A DNA stretch of 64,000 nt from an uncultured Desulfohalobiaceae bacterium (GCA_964427155.1 CAYRSC010000018.1:12819-76818); one strand, 5' to 3'. Shown: positions 47,788 through 58,168, numbered from the stretch's first letter. A program made the numbers and translations. Notes: a model not told the origin generated them from the sequence alone.

Positions 47788-50469
47788 ATGTCAGGGCTCA
47801 GGGGAGATGTAGAAGGGGCACTGAAAGAAATAGGGGTATATTCCAGGTACCTGGAGAGATTATCCAGGGAGGATAGACATAGACAATGGCTCCTGGAGGG
47901 AGGGGGTGCCTTTAGAAGATATCCCCTCATTGAATTATACCGGGAATTGCGAAAAGCATGTGATACCCTCTGTGAGGTCTCTTCTTTGAAATATGTCCTG
48001 AGAGAGTTTAAGCAAAGGCATTTTCTCCGACTGGGACTCATGGATTTTATGGGGTCCATCTCATTTGAGGAGATGGTTGCATCTATATCTGCCTTGGCAG
48101 AGGTATGTCTTCAGGTCCTATTGGAAAGGTGCCTGAGCAAGGATGGAGCCCTTCTCTTAAATCTATCTCCCCCTGGAGATCTCCCCTGTTCCCTGGTAAT
48201 CCTGGGCTTTGGAAAACTGGGGGGAAGGGAGCTAAACTTTGTATCGGATATTGACATAGTATATCTATATTCCTGCAAAGGGAGGGGAAGTAGAGACAAT
48301 ACATTTTATACTAAGGTGGCCCAGATCATAAATCACATAATGGAGGACACCTTTGAAGGGGATAGGGTCTTTAAGGTGGACAATCGCCTGAGGCCAGGAG
48401 GAAAAGACTCCCCTCTGGTACCCTCAGTAGAGGGGGCAGTGGAATATTATCTCCTCTCTGGTTCTCCGTGGGAGAGACAGGCCCTTTTAAAGGCCCGGGG
48501 GGTGGCAGGGGACAGGAAGTTGGCAGGAAGTTTCCTAAAGGAGATACGCCCCTTTATATTTAGACGCTTTCTGGATTTTCAGGCCATTGATGAAATACGC
48601 TCCATGAGGGACAGGATACTCCGGGAGAGTGAGTCCCTCTCTGGGGGAAAGAGGGATGTAAAATTGGGGCCAGGGGGCATCCGGGAAATAGAATTCATTG
48701 TACAGTCCCTTCAGCTTATATATGGGGGAAGGTATCCTGAACTCAATGAGACAAATACCCTTAGCTGTCTGAAGCGACTGAAAGAGATAGGCATTCTCAA
48801 AGGGGGAGATGAGAAGGAACTTGCTGAGTGTTATATATTTCTCAGGAGGGTGGAACACTGGATACAACTGGACAAAAACCGCCAGTGGAGCAAACTGCCA
48901 TCTGGAGAGGAGGACCTTGTTCGTCTTAGCAAGGTCATGGGATTTGCCGGGGATCCAAAGGCATTTTTGAAAAGATATGAAGAGGTAACACACCGGGTAC
49001 ACCTCCACTTTAAGGAACTCTTCTCCCCGGAAAAACACATCTCTCCTTCCACTTCTGCCCCTCCAGGACTAAGTAGCCTTGGCTCCCATATATATCTCTC
49101 AGGCCTCTCCCCTGCCTTTCAAAGAAGTATCCTTCAGATCCTCAAAGGGTTGGAACAGGGCCTATCTCCAGGGTCTCAAAAAACCGCCATGAGTCGCCTC
49201 TCCTCTTATTTTAAAAAGATAACCCCCCGCAAGGGACTTGTAAGATATGTGGAAAGACATCCCCAAGAGGTGGGCAGGGTCCTCAACGTCATGTACAGAA
49301 GCAAATTCATCTATGATATACTAATGGCCCAGCCTGCCCTTATTGAGGGGGTGGTGGAATCCTTTTCTCTGCCCCCTGGAGACTGGATGGAGAGGGCAAG
49401 GCGCATTGTGGAAGGACTTCCCTTTGAAGAGGCCATGGAGTGGGTTAGGAGGATAAAAAACGAAAGGATACTCTTTTTGGCCACTGAAGACATAAGTGGA
49501 AGGGTCTCCCTCCCGGAGCTATTGGTATCACTTTCCAGGCTGGCGGACTTTATTATTCAAATCACTTATGATAAGGTCCTTGCCCACCTGGGGGAAAACA
49601 GGGACTATCCCCTGGGGATAATTGCTCTGGGAAAACTGGGGTCCTACGAGCTGGGGTATTTTTCAGACCTGGATATGATGTTTGTATATGAGCCAGGGAA
49701 GGGAGAGGACCCGGATATTATCCCTGATAGGGCCATAAAGATAGTCCAGAGGTTAACTCGCATGTTAAGGACCCCCCTCCAGGATGGTCCAGGCTATGAG
49801 GTGGATACCAGGCTCAGACCAACAGGCAATTATGGCCCCCTGATTGTGACCAGCCAGAGATGGATGCAATACTACAGGGACGAGGCAGACATCTGGGAAC
49901 TTCAGTCTCTTATAAGGTTCCGACCTGTGGCAGGCAGGGAGTCTGTGATGACTCCACTGGAGGGGTTCATAAGGGAAGAGCTGTTTGAGAAAGAGATGCC
50001 AGAGAATATGGTATGGAAGAGGGTGGTGGAGATGAGAAGGAGGATAGAAGAGGAACGGGCACAGGAGGAAGGGAGTGAGGTCCTGGACCTCAAGCTGGGG
50101 AGGGGAGGAATGGTGGAGATAGAGTTTCTCACCCAGGCATGTGTCCTTACCTCTTCATTTTTCCCCCAGAAAAAAGACACCCTCTCTCTGATAGAGCTCC
50201 TCAAGGAAGGTCTGGGGCTTAGCAGAGAGAATATCACCCTCTTAAAGCAGGCCCTTCTTTCATATCACTTCTTAATACAACGTATCCATCTCCTTACCAA
50301 TCTGGGTATATCTCGCCTGGATAGAGAGCACTTTACCACCATGAAGGAGATGGGACTTTTGGGTAACTTCCCCTATCTACAGGATTGGGAGGATATAATC
50401 AAATACAGGAAGGTGGTTAGGAGGATATGGGAAGGTGTTATTAATAAAAAATTAAAAGCGGAGTGCTGA
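47788..50469 (+). CDS. glnE: Bifunctional glutamine synthetase adenylyltransferase/adenylyl-removing enzyme
   Basis: Two nucleotidyltransferase modules: GKLGGRELNFVSDIDIVYLY and GKLGSYELGYFSDLDMMFVY. 893 aa. Confidence 0.9.
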   Translation: MSGLRGDVEGALKEIGVYSRYLERLSREDRHRQWLLEGGGAFRRYPLIELYRELRKACDTLCEVSSLKYVLREFKQRHFLRLGLMDFMGSISFEEMVASISALAEVCLQVLLERCLSKDGALLLNLSPPGDLPCSLVILGFGKLGGRELNFVSDIDIVYLYSCKGRGSRDNTFYTKVAQIINHIMEDTFEGDRVFKVDNRLRPGGKDSPLVPSVEGAVEYYLLSGSPWERQALLKARGVAGDRKLAGSFLKEIRPFIFRRFLDFQAIDEIRSMRDRILRESESLSGGKRDVKLGPGGIREIEFIVQSLQLIYGGRYPELNETNTLSCLKRLKEIGILKGGDEKELAECYIFLRRVEHWIQLDKNRQWSKLPSGEEDLVRLSKVMGFAGDPKAFLKRYEEVTHRVHLHFKELFSPEKHISPSTSAPPGLSSLGSHIYLSGLSPAFQRSILQILKGLEQGLSPGSQKTAMSRLSSYFKKITPRKGLVRYVERHPQEVGRVLNVMYRSKFIYDILMAQPALIEGVVESFSLPPGDWMERARRIVEGLPFEEAMEWVRRIKNERILFLATEDISGRVSLPELLVSLSRLADFIIQITYDKVLAHLGENRDYPLGIIALGKLGSYELGYFSDLDMMFVYEPGKGEDPDIIPDRAIKIVQRLTRMLRTPLQDGPGYEVDTRLRPTGNYGPLIVTSQRWMQYYRDEADIWELQSLIRFRPVAGRESVMTPLEGFIREELFEKEMPENMVWKRVVEMRRRIEEERAQEEGSEVLDLKLGRGGMVEIEFLTQACVLTSSFFPQKKDTLSLIELLKEGLGLSRENITLLKQALLSYHFLIQRIHLLTNLGISRLDREHFTTMKEMGLLGNFPYLQDWEDIIKYRKVVRRIWEGVINKKLKAEC

Positions 50470-50471
50470 AT

Positions 50472-51611
50472 ATGTGTCGTTTAATTGCAATCACATCTGA
50501 TGTCCCAAAATCTCCCATGCTGGCCATTGAGGCCCTGGATGTGATGAAAGAGGGTCACGATGGTTCAGGTGTGGGTCTTTTTATGACAGACCTTGCAGGG
50601 GTCTTTGAGGAGCTCAAGGACTACCCTATCCTATCTGGTATCTTCACCAAAGAAGGGATGAAGATGCTGGACAGTTATCTCATGCCCATGGGGTTCAAGA
50701 CCAAATACAATCACTCCATCAAGGTAAAAAAGGACCCCCCAAAGGGCGTACCCAAGAGATATATGTATCACATAAGGGCCTATGAATATCCCGAGGAATG
50801 GGAAGGGCTCAGTGAAGAGGAAAAATCCTTGAGACTGATGATGATACGCCTAAAGCTCAGGGAAATGGGCCTCAAGGACGAGCAGATGATAGTCTATAGC
50901 TTCTGGCCAGATGTAATCCTCATAAAGGAGATAGGGGACCCCTTTGCAGTGGCAGAGTATCTGGACCTGGCCACCTCTGGATTAAAGGCAAGGGTGATTA
51001 TGGCACAGGGAAGACAGAATACAAACTATGCCATAAACCTCTATGCCTGCCATCCCTTTTTTATCCAAGGAGTGGCCTCCATGACCAATGGGGAAAATAC
51101 CGCCTTTGTCCCTATCAGGGAATTCCTGGAGTCCAGGGGATTCCCGGGATATGTGGGCTATCAATCAGACTCAGAGGTCTTTACTCACATCTTTCACTAC
51201 ATGCTCCATTCCCTGGGACTACCAGTGGAGTTCTACAAACATATAATTACCCCCCTGCAGGATGAAGACATAGAGACACATCCAAACAGGGACTTTTTAA
51301 AACAACTTAAACACTCCTGTAGAAGGCTGATAATTGATGGTCCCAACTGTGTAATAGGATGCATGCCTGACAAGACCCTTGTTATGGTACAGGACAGGAA
51401 GAAACTTAGACCGGGGATCGTAGGAGGCAAAAGGGGATTTTTTGCATTTTGTTCTGAGGTGTGTGGCCTTGATTATGTGCTCAAAAAGGAGCTTGGGGAA
51501 AACAATTTTGAGTATTTTCAGCCCATGTATATAGATACAGTTTATGTCACCACTGACCGTAAGGAGGTTAAAAAGTGTTCTCAAATGGACCCATTACACC
51601 TTCCCAATTGA
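50472..51611 (+). CDS. Glutamate synthase glutamine amidotransferase subunit (class II/Ntn GATase, split archaeal-type GltB domain 1)
   Basis: Starts MCRLIAITS, so Cys follows the initiator Met as an Ntn nucleophile requires. ATG at 50472. The track start at 50463 is GTG inside the glnE stop region. Confidence 0.8.
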   Translation: MCRLIAITSDVPKSPMLAIEALDVMKEGHDGSGVGLFMTDLAGVFEELKDYPILSGIFTKEGMKMLDSYLMPMGFKTKYNHSIKVKKDPPKGVPKRYMYHIRAYEYPEEWEGLSEEEKSLRLMMIRLKLREMGLKDEQMIVYSFWPDVILIKEIGDPFAVAEYLDLATSGLKARVIMAQGRQNTNYAINLYACHPFFIQGVASMTNGENTAFVPIREFLESRGFPGYVGYQSDSEVFTHIFHYMLHSLGLPVEFYKHIITPLQDEDIETHPNRDFLKQLKHSCRRLIIDGPNCVIGCMPDKTLVMVQDRKKLRPGIVGGKRGFFAFCSEVCGLDYVLKKELGENNFEYFQPMYIDTVYVTTDRKEVKKCSQMDPLHLPN

Positions 51612-53209
51612 GTCTCAAGGACCTTCCGTGGCTCATCCATTGGGATAGGGACAAATGTCAACTGTGCGGGAGGTGTGTAGCCGCATGTCCTGTGAGGGCA
51701 ATTGAACTGGGAGTGTTCAGGAAAAGGATAGTGGAGGCCCCCCTGGATAACAAAGAGGCTCACACCAATGTATATAAGGTATTTTATGGGATAAAACAAA
51801 AGGATGACCCCGCTCACGCCTGTATTGGGTGCGGATTATGTAGCAAGGTATGTCCAAATCAGGCCATTATTCCCTTCCACAACGATGAGATAGACAAGCT
51901 GAGATTCCACATAAACCTTGGGGGACAGCCCAGGCGCAGAGGGGGGAGGAGAAATGTATCCCAGAGTCTCCTGGACAGGATAAAATTTATCCGAATATCC
52001 ATGCTCACAGACCCTGCCCTAGATGCAGGACGACATGAGTTTGAACTTAGGACCCTGCTAGGTCGTGTACTTCCCCCTGAGGAGACACTGGAATTATACC
52101 GGGAGCAGGGATGGATACCTCCAGTGAGAGAGATATATCCCCTTATCATTGGGGGAATGTCCTTTGGGGCCCTTTCTCCCAATATGTGGGAGGGCCTGGT
52201 AATGGGAGTTACCTATCTCAACGAAGAGCTGGGGATGCCTGTGAGGATGTGCACAGGGGAAGGGGGATGTCCTCCCAGACTCCTGAGATCCAGGTTTTTA
52301 AAATACATTATCCTCCAGATAGCCAGTGGCTACTTTGGATGGGATGAGATAATACACGCCATCCCTGAGATGAAGGAGGACCCCTGTGCCATTGAGATAA
52401 AATACGGCCAGGGGGCAAAACCAGGGGATGGGGGCCTGCTCATGTGGTACAAGGTCAATAAATTAATAGCCGCCATCAGGGGCGTCCCTCCAGGGGTAAG
52501 CCTTCCTTCCCCTCCCACCCATCAGACCAAATACTCCATTGAGGAGTCAGTGGCAAAGATGATCCAGTCCATGTATATGGCATGGGGCTTTCGTGTCCCT
52601 GTGTATCCCAAGATATCAGGGACATCCACTGCCCTTGCAGTGCTAAACAACCTCACCAGAAATCCCTATGCAGCCGCACTTGCCATAGATGGAGAGGATG
52701 GGGGCACAGGGGCGGCATACAATGTGTCCATGGACCACATGGGACATCCCATAGCCAGCAATATCAGGGATTGTTATCTCAATCTGGTGAGATTGGGAAA
52801 ACAAAACGAGATACCCCTGTTTGGGGCAGGTGGGATCGGAAAGAATGGAAACCTGGCGGCAAATGCAGCAGCCCTTATTATGCTGGGTGCAAGCGGTGTG
52901 CAGGTAGGCAAATATATCATGCAGGCCGCAGCAGGTTGCATTGGTTCTGAGGCGGATAGATGCAATATATGTAATATTGGTCTGTGCCCAAAGGGCATTA
53001 CATCTCAGGACCCCAGGATATACAGACGCCTTGACCCGGAAAAGGTGGCAGAAAGACTGGTGGATGTGTTTCTGGCCTTTGACACAGAGTTGAAAAAGAT
53101 AGTGGCTCCCCTTGGGCGTTCAACCTCCCTCCCCATTGGGATGTCAGATGCCCTTGGGATTGATGACTATCATGCCGCTGAGAGGTTAAAGATAAAATAT
53201 GTGGTATAA
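51575..53209 (+). CDS. Glutamate synthase FMN-binding subunit with N-terminal 2x[4Fe-4S] ferredoxin domain (GltB domain 2)
   Basis: CQLCGRCVAACP and CIGCGLCSKVCP. IKYGQGAKPGDGG and GTGAA motifs of the synthase TIM barrel. GTG start 7 nt after AAGGAGG. Confidence 0.85.
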   Translation: MFSNGPITPSQLSLKDLPWLIHWDRDKCQLCGRCVAACPVRAIELGVFRKRIVEAPLDNKEAHTNVYKVFYGIKQKDDPAHACIGCGLCSKVCPNQAIIPFHNDEIDKLRFHINLGGQPRRRGGRRNVSQSLLDRIKFIRISMLTDPALDAGRHEFELRTLLGRVLPPEETLELYREQGWIPPVREIYPLIIGGMSFGALSPNMWEGLVMGVTYLNEELGMPVRMCTGEGGCPPRLLRSRFLKYIILQIASGYFGWDEIIHAIPEMKEDPCAIEIKYGQGAKPGDGGLLMWYKVNKLIAAIRGVPPGVSLPSPPTHQTKYSIEESVAKMIQSMYMAWGFRVPVYPKISGTSTALAVLNNLTRNPYAAALAIDGEDGGTGAAYNVSMDHMGHPIASNIRDCYLNLVRLGKQNEIPLFGAGGIGKNGNLAANAAALIMLGASGVQVGKYIMQAAAGCIGSEADRCNICNIGLCPKGITSQDPRIYRRLDPEKVAERLVDVFLAFDTELKKIVAPLGRSTSLPIGMSDALGIDDYHAAERLKIKYVV

Positions 53210-53232
53210 CTTTAAGGGATAGGGTTAAAGCT

Positions 53233-55569
53233 ATGGGACAGAAAATAAGAGACGCATATTATATCCCAGGAAGGGAAAACGGAAAAAGGGTGGATTCCCG
53301 CATACTGGAAGAGAGAATACAGAGGGCAGTAGAGCATGGATATAGAAAGATAGAGGTGGAGGCATGTGGTCAACACGGCATTGGAGGACGACTATGGAAG
53401 GCAGGAGAAGAAGAGGTGGTGGTATATGTGAGTGGTCCTCCTGGACAGAGGGTGGGCTCCATGGGGTTCCCCAACACCCGGGTGGAGGTGCTGGGAAATG
53501 CCTCAGATGATGTTGGATGGTTAAATGCAGGGGCAGAGATAGTTGTCCACGGTCATGCCTCCAATGGAGTAGGAAATGCCATGGCCCAGGGGAGGATATA
53601 TATTGGAGGAAACATCGGGGCCAGGGGAATGACCATGACCAAATATAATCCCCGTTTTGATCCACCTCAACTCTGGGTCCTGGGCTCAGTTGGAGACTAT
53701 TTCGCAGAATTTATGGCAGGAGGGATTGCAGTAATCTGTGGTTATAGACCTCAGAACCCATCCAATGTACTGGGATATAGACCATGCGTGGGCATGGTGG
53801 GTGGAAAGATATTTGTACGGGGAAATTATAAGGCCTTTAGTGAAAAGGATGCCAAAAAGGTCCAGATAGGGGAAGAGGAATGGGAGTGGCTAATCTCTAA
53901 CCTCAAGGTCTTTCTCCAAAAGATAAACCGAGAGGAATTGTTTGAAGAACTCTCCAGATATGAGGACTGGACCCTTATAGTTGCAAGGTCCCCTCAGGAA
54001 AAGCGCAGTAGTGCCCTTAGAGATATGCACGAATTTTACGAGAAGGTGTGGTGCAGGGAGCTGGGAAAGGGGGGACTCATTGGAGACCTGGTGGATTTTG
54101 ACAGGGGTCCCATTCCCATCATCACCACAGGGGAACTTAGAAGGTATGTGCCAGTGTGGGAGAATAAAAAATACGCCGCCCCATGTGAATATGCCTGTCC
54201 CACAGGCATACCTGTACACGAGAGGTGGGCTCTTATTCGGGAAGGTCGAATGGATGAGGCCGTGGACATGGCCATGTTTTACACCCCCTTCCCTGCCACT
54301 GTTTGCGGATATCTGTGTCCCAACCTGTGTATGGACAATTGTACCAAGCGGGACTTTGGCATGGAGCCAGTGGATATTACCCTTCTGGGGAAAAAAGGGG
54401 TGGAGGCAAAGGCCCCAAGGACACCTGAGATAACAGGCAAAAAAATAGCCGTTATTGGAGGTGGACCAGGGGGTATCTCGGTGGCCTGGCAACTGAGGAT
54501 GAAGGGACATCATGTGACAATATTTGATAGGGAAGAGGAGCTGGGAGGAAAGATAAGGGAGTACATCCCCAGATCCCGTATCCCTGATGAGGTATTGAAG
54601 AGAGAGCTGGAAAGGGTGAGAGAGGTGGTGGAGCATGTGCAACTCAACAGGGATATAGATAGAGATGCCTTCTCAGACATCCTGAAAGGGCATGACTATG
54701 TGGTGATAGCCATTGGTGCTCAGCGTCCCAGGCTCCTGCCTGTGGAGGGAAAAGAAAGACTCATCCCTGCCCTGGACTTTTTGAAAAAGAGCAAAAGGGA
54801 CGAGATAGACCCAGGCAAAAGGGTGGTGATAATTGGTGCAGGAAACGTGGGATGTGATGTGGCAACAGAGGCCCACAGGCTGGGAGCAGAGGATATAACC
54901 CTTATAGACATCCAGGAACCCGCCTCCTTTGGTAAGGAAAGGGAAGAAGCGGAAAAGGTAGGGGCAAGATTCCAGTGGCCTGTATTTACTAAAAAGATAA
55001 CTGAGCAGGGGGTGATAACAGACACTGGAGAGCTCATCCCCGCAGATACCGTGGTTATTGCCATTGGAGATGTGCCTGAACTGGAATTCTTACCAGAGGA
55101 CATTGAGATTGAGCGAGGATTTATAAAGGTAAATGAATTTTATCAGACCTCCAATAAAAAGGTCTTTGCAATTGGAGATGTGGTGAAACTGGGGCTTATA
55201 ACCGACGCCATTGGGGCTGGTGTGGTAGCCGCCAACTCCATAGATGCCCTCAGCAGGGGCCAAAGACCAGTTAGAGAAGAAAGGCCCCAGATAGATAAAT
55301 CCAGGATGACGCCCTTTTACTTTGATCCCCGCATCTCCTCCTACAGGGGAGTGGAACACTGTGCCTCAGAATGTATGTCCTGTGGAAGATGCAGAGACTG
55401 CGGTATATGTATTACACTTTGTCCCCAGGGGGCCATAGAAAGGGTGGAAGAAAAAGATGGCTCCTTTAGACTTGAGGCCAATCCCAACAGATGTATTGGG
55501 TGTGGTTTTTGTGCAGATGTATGTCCATGTGGAGTCTGGAGACTGGTCCCAAACGATCCAGTATTCTAG
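53233..55569 (+). CDS. Fusion: glutamate synthase GXGXG (GltB C-terminal) domain plus GltD-like NAD(P)H oxidoreductase plus C-terminal 2x[4Fe-4S] ferredoxin
   Basis: GNASDDVGWLNAGAEIVVHGHASNGVGNAMAQGRIYIGGNIGARG repeats. GltD FeS region (CEYACPTG...CGYLCPNLC). KIAVIGGGPGGISVA and VVIIGAGNVGCD dinucleotide folds. CMSCGRCRDCGICITLCP and CIGCGFCADVCP. Confidence 0.85.
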   Translation: MGQKIRDAYYIPGRENGKRVDSRILEERIQRAVEHGYRKIEVEACGQHGIGGRLWKAGEEEVVVYVSGPPGQRVGSMGFPNTRVEVLGNASDDVGWLNAGAEIVVHGHASNGVGNAMAQGRIYIGGNIGARGMTMTKYNPRFDPPQLWVLGSVGDYFAEFMAGGIAVICGYRPQNPSNVLGYRPCVGMVGGKIFVRGNYKAFSEKDAKKVQIGEEEWEWLISNLKVFLQKINREELFEELSRYEDWTLIVARSPQEKRSSALRDMHEFYEKVWCRELGKGGLIGDLVDFDRGPIPIITTGELRRYVPVWENKKYAAPCEYACPTGIPVHERWALIREGRMDEAVDMAMFYTPFPATVCGYLCPNLCMDNCTKRDFGMEPVDITLLGKKGVEAKAPRTPEITGKKIAVIGGGPGGISVAWQLRMKGHHVTIFDREEELGGKIREYIPRSRIPDEVLKRELERVREVVEHVQLNRDIDRDAFSDILKGHDYVVIAIGAQRPRLLPVEGKERLIPALDFLKKSKRDEIDPGKRVVIIGAGNVGCDVATEAHRLGAEDITLIDIQEPASFGKEREEAEKVGARFQWPVFTKKITEQGVITDTGELIPADTVVIAIGDVPELEFLPEDIEIERGFIKVNEFYQTSNKKVFAIGDVVKLGLITDAIGAGVVAANSIDALSRGQRPVREERPQIDKSRMTPFYFDPRISSYRGVEHCASECMSCGRCRDCGICITLCPQGAIERVEEKDGSFRLEANPNRCIGCGFCADVCPCGVWRLVPNDPVF

Positions 55570-55661
55570 CACCACAGAGGCAAGAAAACCTCATCTTTCT
55601 TTTCAAGGTGCCTTATAAGTTACAGCGAGAATGAGGTTTGCCAACAAAACTCCCCCAAAAA

Positions 55662-55700
55662 GGCCCTCTCCCCCTCGCAGGGAAAGAGGGCCTTTTTTAT
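55662..55700 (+). terminator. Rho-independent terminator after the glutamate synthase genes
   Basis: GGCCCTCT (55662-55669) / AGAGGGCC (55685-55692) stem followed by TTTTTTATT. Confidence 0.7.
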
Positions 55701-55765
55701 TGACACCCATGCCCTGGCTCCCTTAAAGTGGGCCCATATATAACTCCCAAAGGAGGCTTTATATT

Positions 55766-55942
55766 ATGAGCACCATTGTACCAGAGGAAAAAAGGGTAAA
55801 GGATGCAGTGGAGTGGATATCCCTTAAAAAGGGCGACTCTCCCCTGGAAGAACTCCTAAAGGAGGCCTCATTTAAGTTCAACCTCACCCCAAAGCAAGAG
55901 GAATATCTCAGAAGGATATTCTTAAAATCAGTCCCCCATTAA
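55766..55942 (+). CDS. Small (58 aa) hypothetical protein, below the ORF-track cutoff, first gene of the lptFG transcription unit
   Basis: Hand translation: MSTIVPEEKRVKDAVEWISLKKGDSPLEELLKEASFKFNLTPKQEEYLRRIFLKSVPH. AGGAGG lies 9 nt upstream of the ATG. Stop is 7 nt before the lptF ATG. Confidence 0.45.
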   Translation: MSTIVPEEKRVKDAVEWISLKKGDSPLEELLKEASFKFNLTPKQEEYLRRIFLKSVPH

Positions 55943-55949
55943 GTCCCCC

Positions 55950-57077
55950 ATGCCCAAACTTCCCCTCCTCTATCGGAAGCTATTTGCAGAGCTTTCCCTT
56001 ATTCACATCCTCTGTCTCTCAGTATTTATCTCTCTCATAGTACTGGGACGACTCCTTCAACTGGGAAAGATGCTCGTCTCCCTGGACCTATCCATTGGGG
56101 ATGTGGGGAAACTCATGTTTTTTCTCTGTCCCTTCTTCCTCTTTGTCCTGCTCCCTGTTGCCTGTATGCTCAGTATGTTTCTCACCTTTCAGAGGATGAG
56201 TGCAGACAGGGAGCTTATTGCCCTGAGGAGTTCAGGTATCTCCATGATAAACATCCTTCCCCCGGCCATGGTCTTTCTTCTCCTCATTACAGGGGTAAAT
56301 TTCTGGATCTCATTTACTGGCATCTCCTGGGGAATGGAAAGGTTTTATGACCATTTGATCTCCCTGGCCAGGACAAAGGCAAGGCTCTCTCTAAGGCCAG
56401 GGTATTTTTGCTCTGAATTTCCATCACTTACCCTATATGTACAGAATGTGGAGCACAAAAAAGGGGAGGTCACCCACATCTTTATTGAAAATAAAAAGCT
56501 GGCAAAATCCACTGTAATTGTAGGCCCTAAGGGGGAGCTGGAGTGGGACCCCTCCCGGAAGATCCTCTATTTCTCCATCAAAAATGGCAGGATATACTCC
56601 CTGGATACCTCTTCTCCATCCATTATATCTTTCCAGGAATATGATATGAAATTGGACCTGAAGAGACTGTTTAAGGGACTGCACCTAAATTCCCATGAGC
56701 CCAAGTTTATGTCCTGGAGAAAGATAAACGACCTTTTGAAAAAAATGAACAAAGGACAAAAGGCCTCCTATACTGAGCTACTTGAAGAATGGCACAAGAG
56801 ACTGGCCATCCCCCTTTCCTGTATTGTGCTGGGACTATTTGCCATCCCCCTTGCCTGGATACTGGAGGGGGTAAAAAGGATATACGGCAGTTTATTTATG
56901 ATGGGTATGTTCCTGCTCTACTATAGTCTCTTTGCCCTGGGAAAATCCCTGGTGGAGGGAGGAGCACTATCTCCGTGGATCGGAATATGGGCCCCTAATA
57001 TCCTTTTTTGTATATTCACTGCATGTGCTTTTTATCTGGCCCTGGGGGAGAAGGTAAAATATTTTGTGAGAAACTAA
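55950..57077 (+). CDS. lptF: LPS export ABC transporter permease LptF (YjgP/YjgQ family)
   Basis: 375 aa with a 3+3 TM layout around a periplasmic beta-jellyroll-like insert. Paired with a paralogous gene 3 nt downstream. Confidence 0.8.
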   Translation: MPKLPLLYRKLFAELSLIHILCLSVFISLIVLGRLLQLGKMLVSLDLSIGDVGKLMFFLCPFFLFVLLPVACMLSMFLTFQRMSADRELIALRSSGISMINILPPAMVFLLLITGVNFWISFTGISWGMERFYDHLISLARTKARLSLRPGYFCSEFPSLTLYVQNVEHKKGEVTHIFIENKKLAKSTVIVGPKGELEWDPSRKILYFSIKNGRIYSLDTSSPSIISFQEYDMKLDLKRLFKGLHLNSHEPKFMSWRKINDLLKKMNKGQKASYTELLEEWHKRLAIPLSCIVLGLFAIPLAWILEGVKRIYGSLFMMGMFLLYYSLFALGKSLVEGGALSPWIGIWAPNILFCIFTACAFYLALGEKVKYFVRN

Positions 57078-57080
57078 AAA

Positions 57081-58154
57081 ATGAAGACAAAGATACTTCA
57101 TCGTCATTTTATAGTAGAGAACCTGTCTCTATTATCTCTGTGTCTGGGCTCCTCTCTTGGGATATACCTCCTAGTAGACCTATTTGATAGGCTGGACAAT
57201 TTTTTAAACAAGGGCTCTCCTCCCTCTCTAATAATTAAGTATTTCCTATTAAAGATACCTCTTATAATCTCTCAGATATTCCCTCTGGTGTTCTTTTTGA
57301 CTCTTATCATACAGCTTTCCCTTATGAGGAAAAATAGAGAGATAGAGGCACTAGAGGCGTCTGGAATAAATTTTTCCAGAATTATCCAGTTTATAATAGG
57401 ATATTGCATTGTATTTTGTATCATTCAATTATTCTTCTCGCAGTATATTGCTATAAACGTCCAGAGAGAAGTGAGGTTTATCTGGGATAACCTGGGCAAA
57501 AAACATGTCCAGGAAAACAGCTCATTAAAGAATATCTGGTTTAGAAAGGGGAAATACATTGGATTTATAAAAGAATTATCCCCTGAAGGGAGGGCCAGGG
57601 AGATCCGTATCTATGAGATAAAAAGGGATTTCTCTGCCATAAACAAAGTAATAGTTGCACCCAGTGGGAGGGTAAAAAGGGATTCTCTTCTCCTGAAGGG
57701 TCCCATTATTTTTTCTCCTGAGGACTTCTCCACCAGACATAAAAAAACACTCCTTATTCATGCAGAGGACATTGTCTCCCTCCTTCATCTCTCAGCCACA
57801 TCCAGGATAGAAGATATTTCCCTCTGGAAGTTAAAGGGACTTATAAGGGAGCTAAAGAGAAGCGGAAGCAATGTGGAGGAGATGTTAACTGTGTGGTATG
57901 GAAAACTTGCCTATGGATTTTCCCTTCTGTTTCTGGCAATGGGGGCTATTGTAATCACCCTTAGAAGTGAAAACATGGCACTTAACATCAGCATTGGTCT
58001 AGGAATATGTTTCCTATTCTATGGAATCACTGTATTGGGAAATGTCCTGGGAAGACATGGTATTGTTCCCCCCTTTATAGGGGCGTGGGGGGCAAATATA
58101 TTGTTTGGGGGAGTGTTCTCCTCTCTCCTCATTATAAGACGTATGAAACCCTGA
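57081..58154 (+). CDS. lptG: LPS export ABC transporter permease LptG (YjgP/YjgQ family)
   Basis: 357 aa paralog of the preceding gene with the same topology. Confidence 0.8.
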   Translation: MKTKILHRHFIVENLSLLSLCLGSSLGIYLLVDLFDRLDNFLNKGSPPSLIIKYFLLKIPLIISQIFPLVFFLTLIIQLSLMRKNREIEALEASGINFSRIIQFIIGYCIVFCIIQLFFSQYIAINVQREVRFIWDNLGKKHVQENSSLKNIWFRKGKYIGFIKELSPEGRAREIRIYEIKRDFSAINKVIVAPSGRVKRDSLLLKGPIIFSPEDFSTRHKKTLLIHAEDIVSLLHLSATSRIEDISLWKLKGLIRELKRSGSNVEEMLTVWYGKLAYGFSLLFLAMGAIVITLRSENMALNISIGLGICFLFYGITVLGNVLGRHGIVPPFIGAWGANILFGGVFSSLLIIRRMKP

Positions 58155-58168
58155 GCAGTGAGGCCTTT

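Noticed and set aside
53890-54642. 250-aa antisense ORF (plus the 150-aa same-strand, alternate-frame ORF 53981-54433) inside the GXGXG-GltD fusion gene.
   Set aside because: The annotated reading frame carries unambiguous GltD motifs throughout. The overlapping frames have no recognisable features and no start context.
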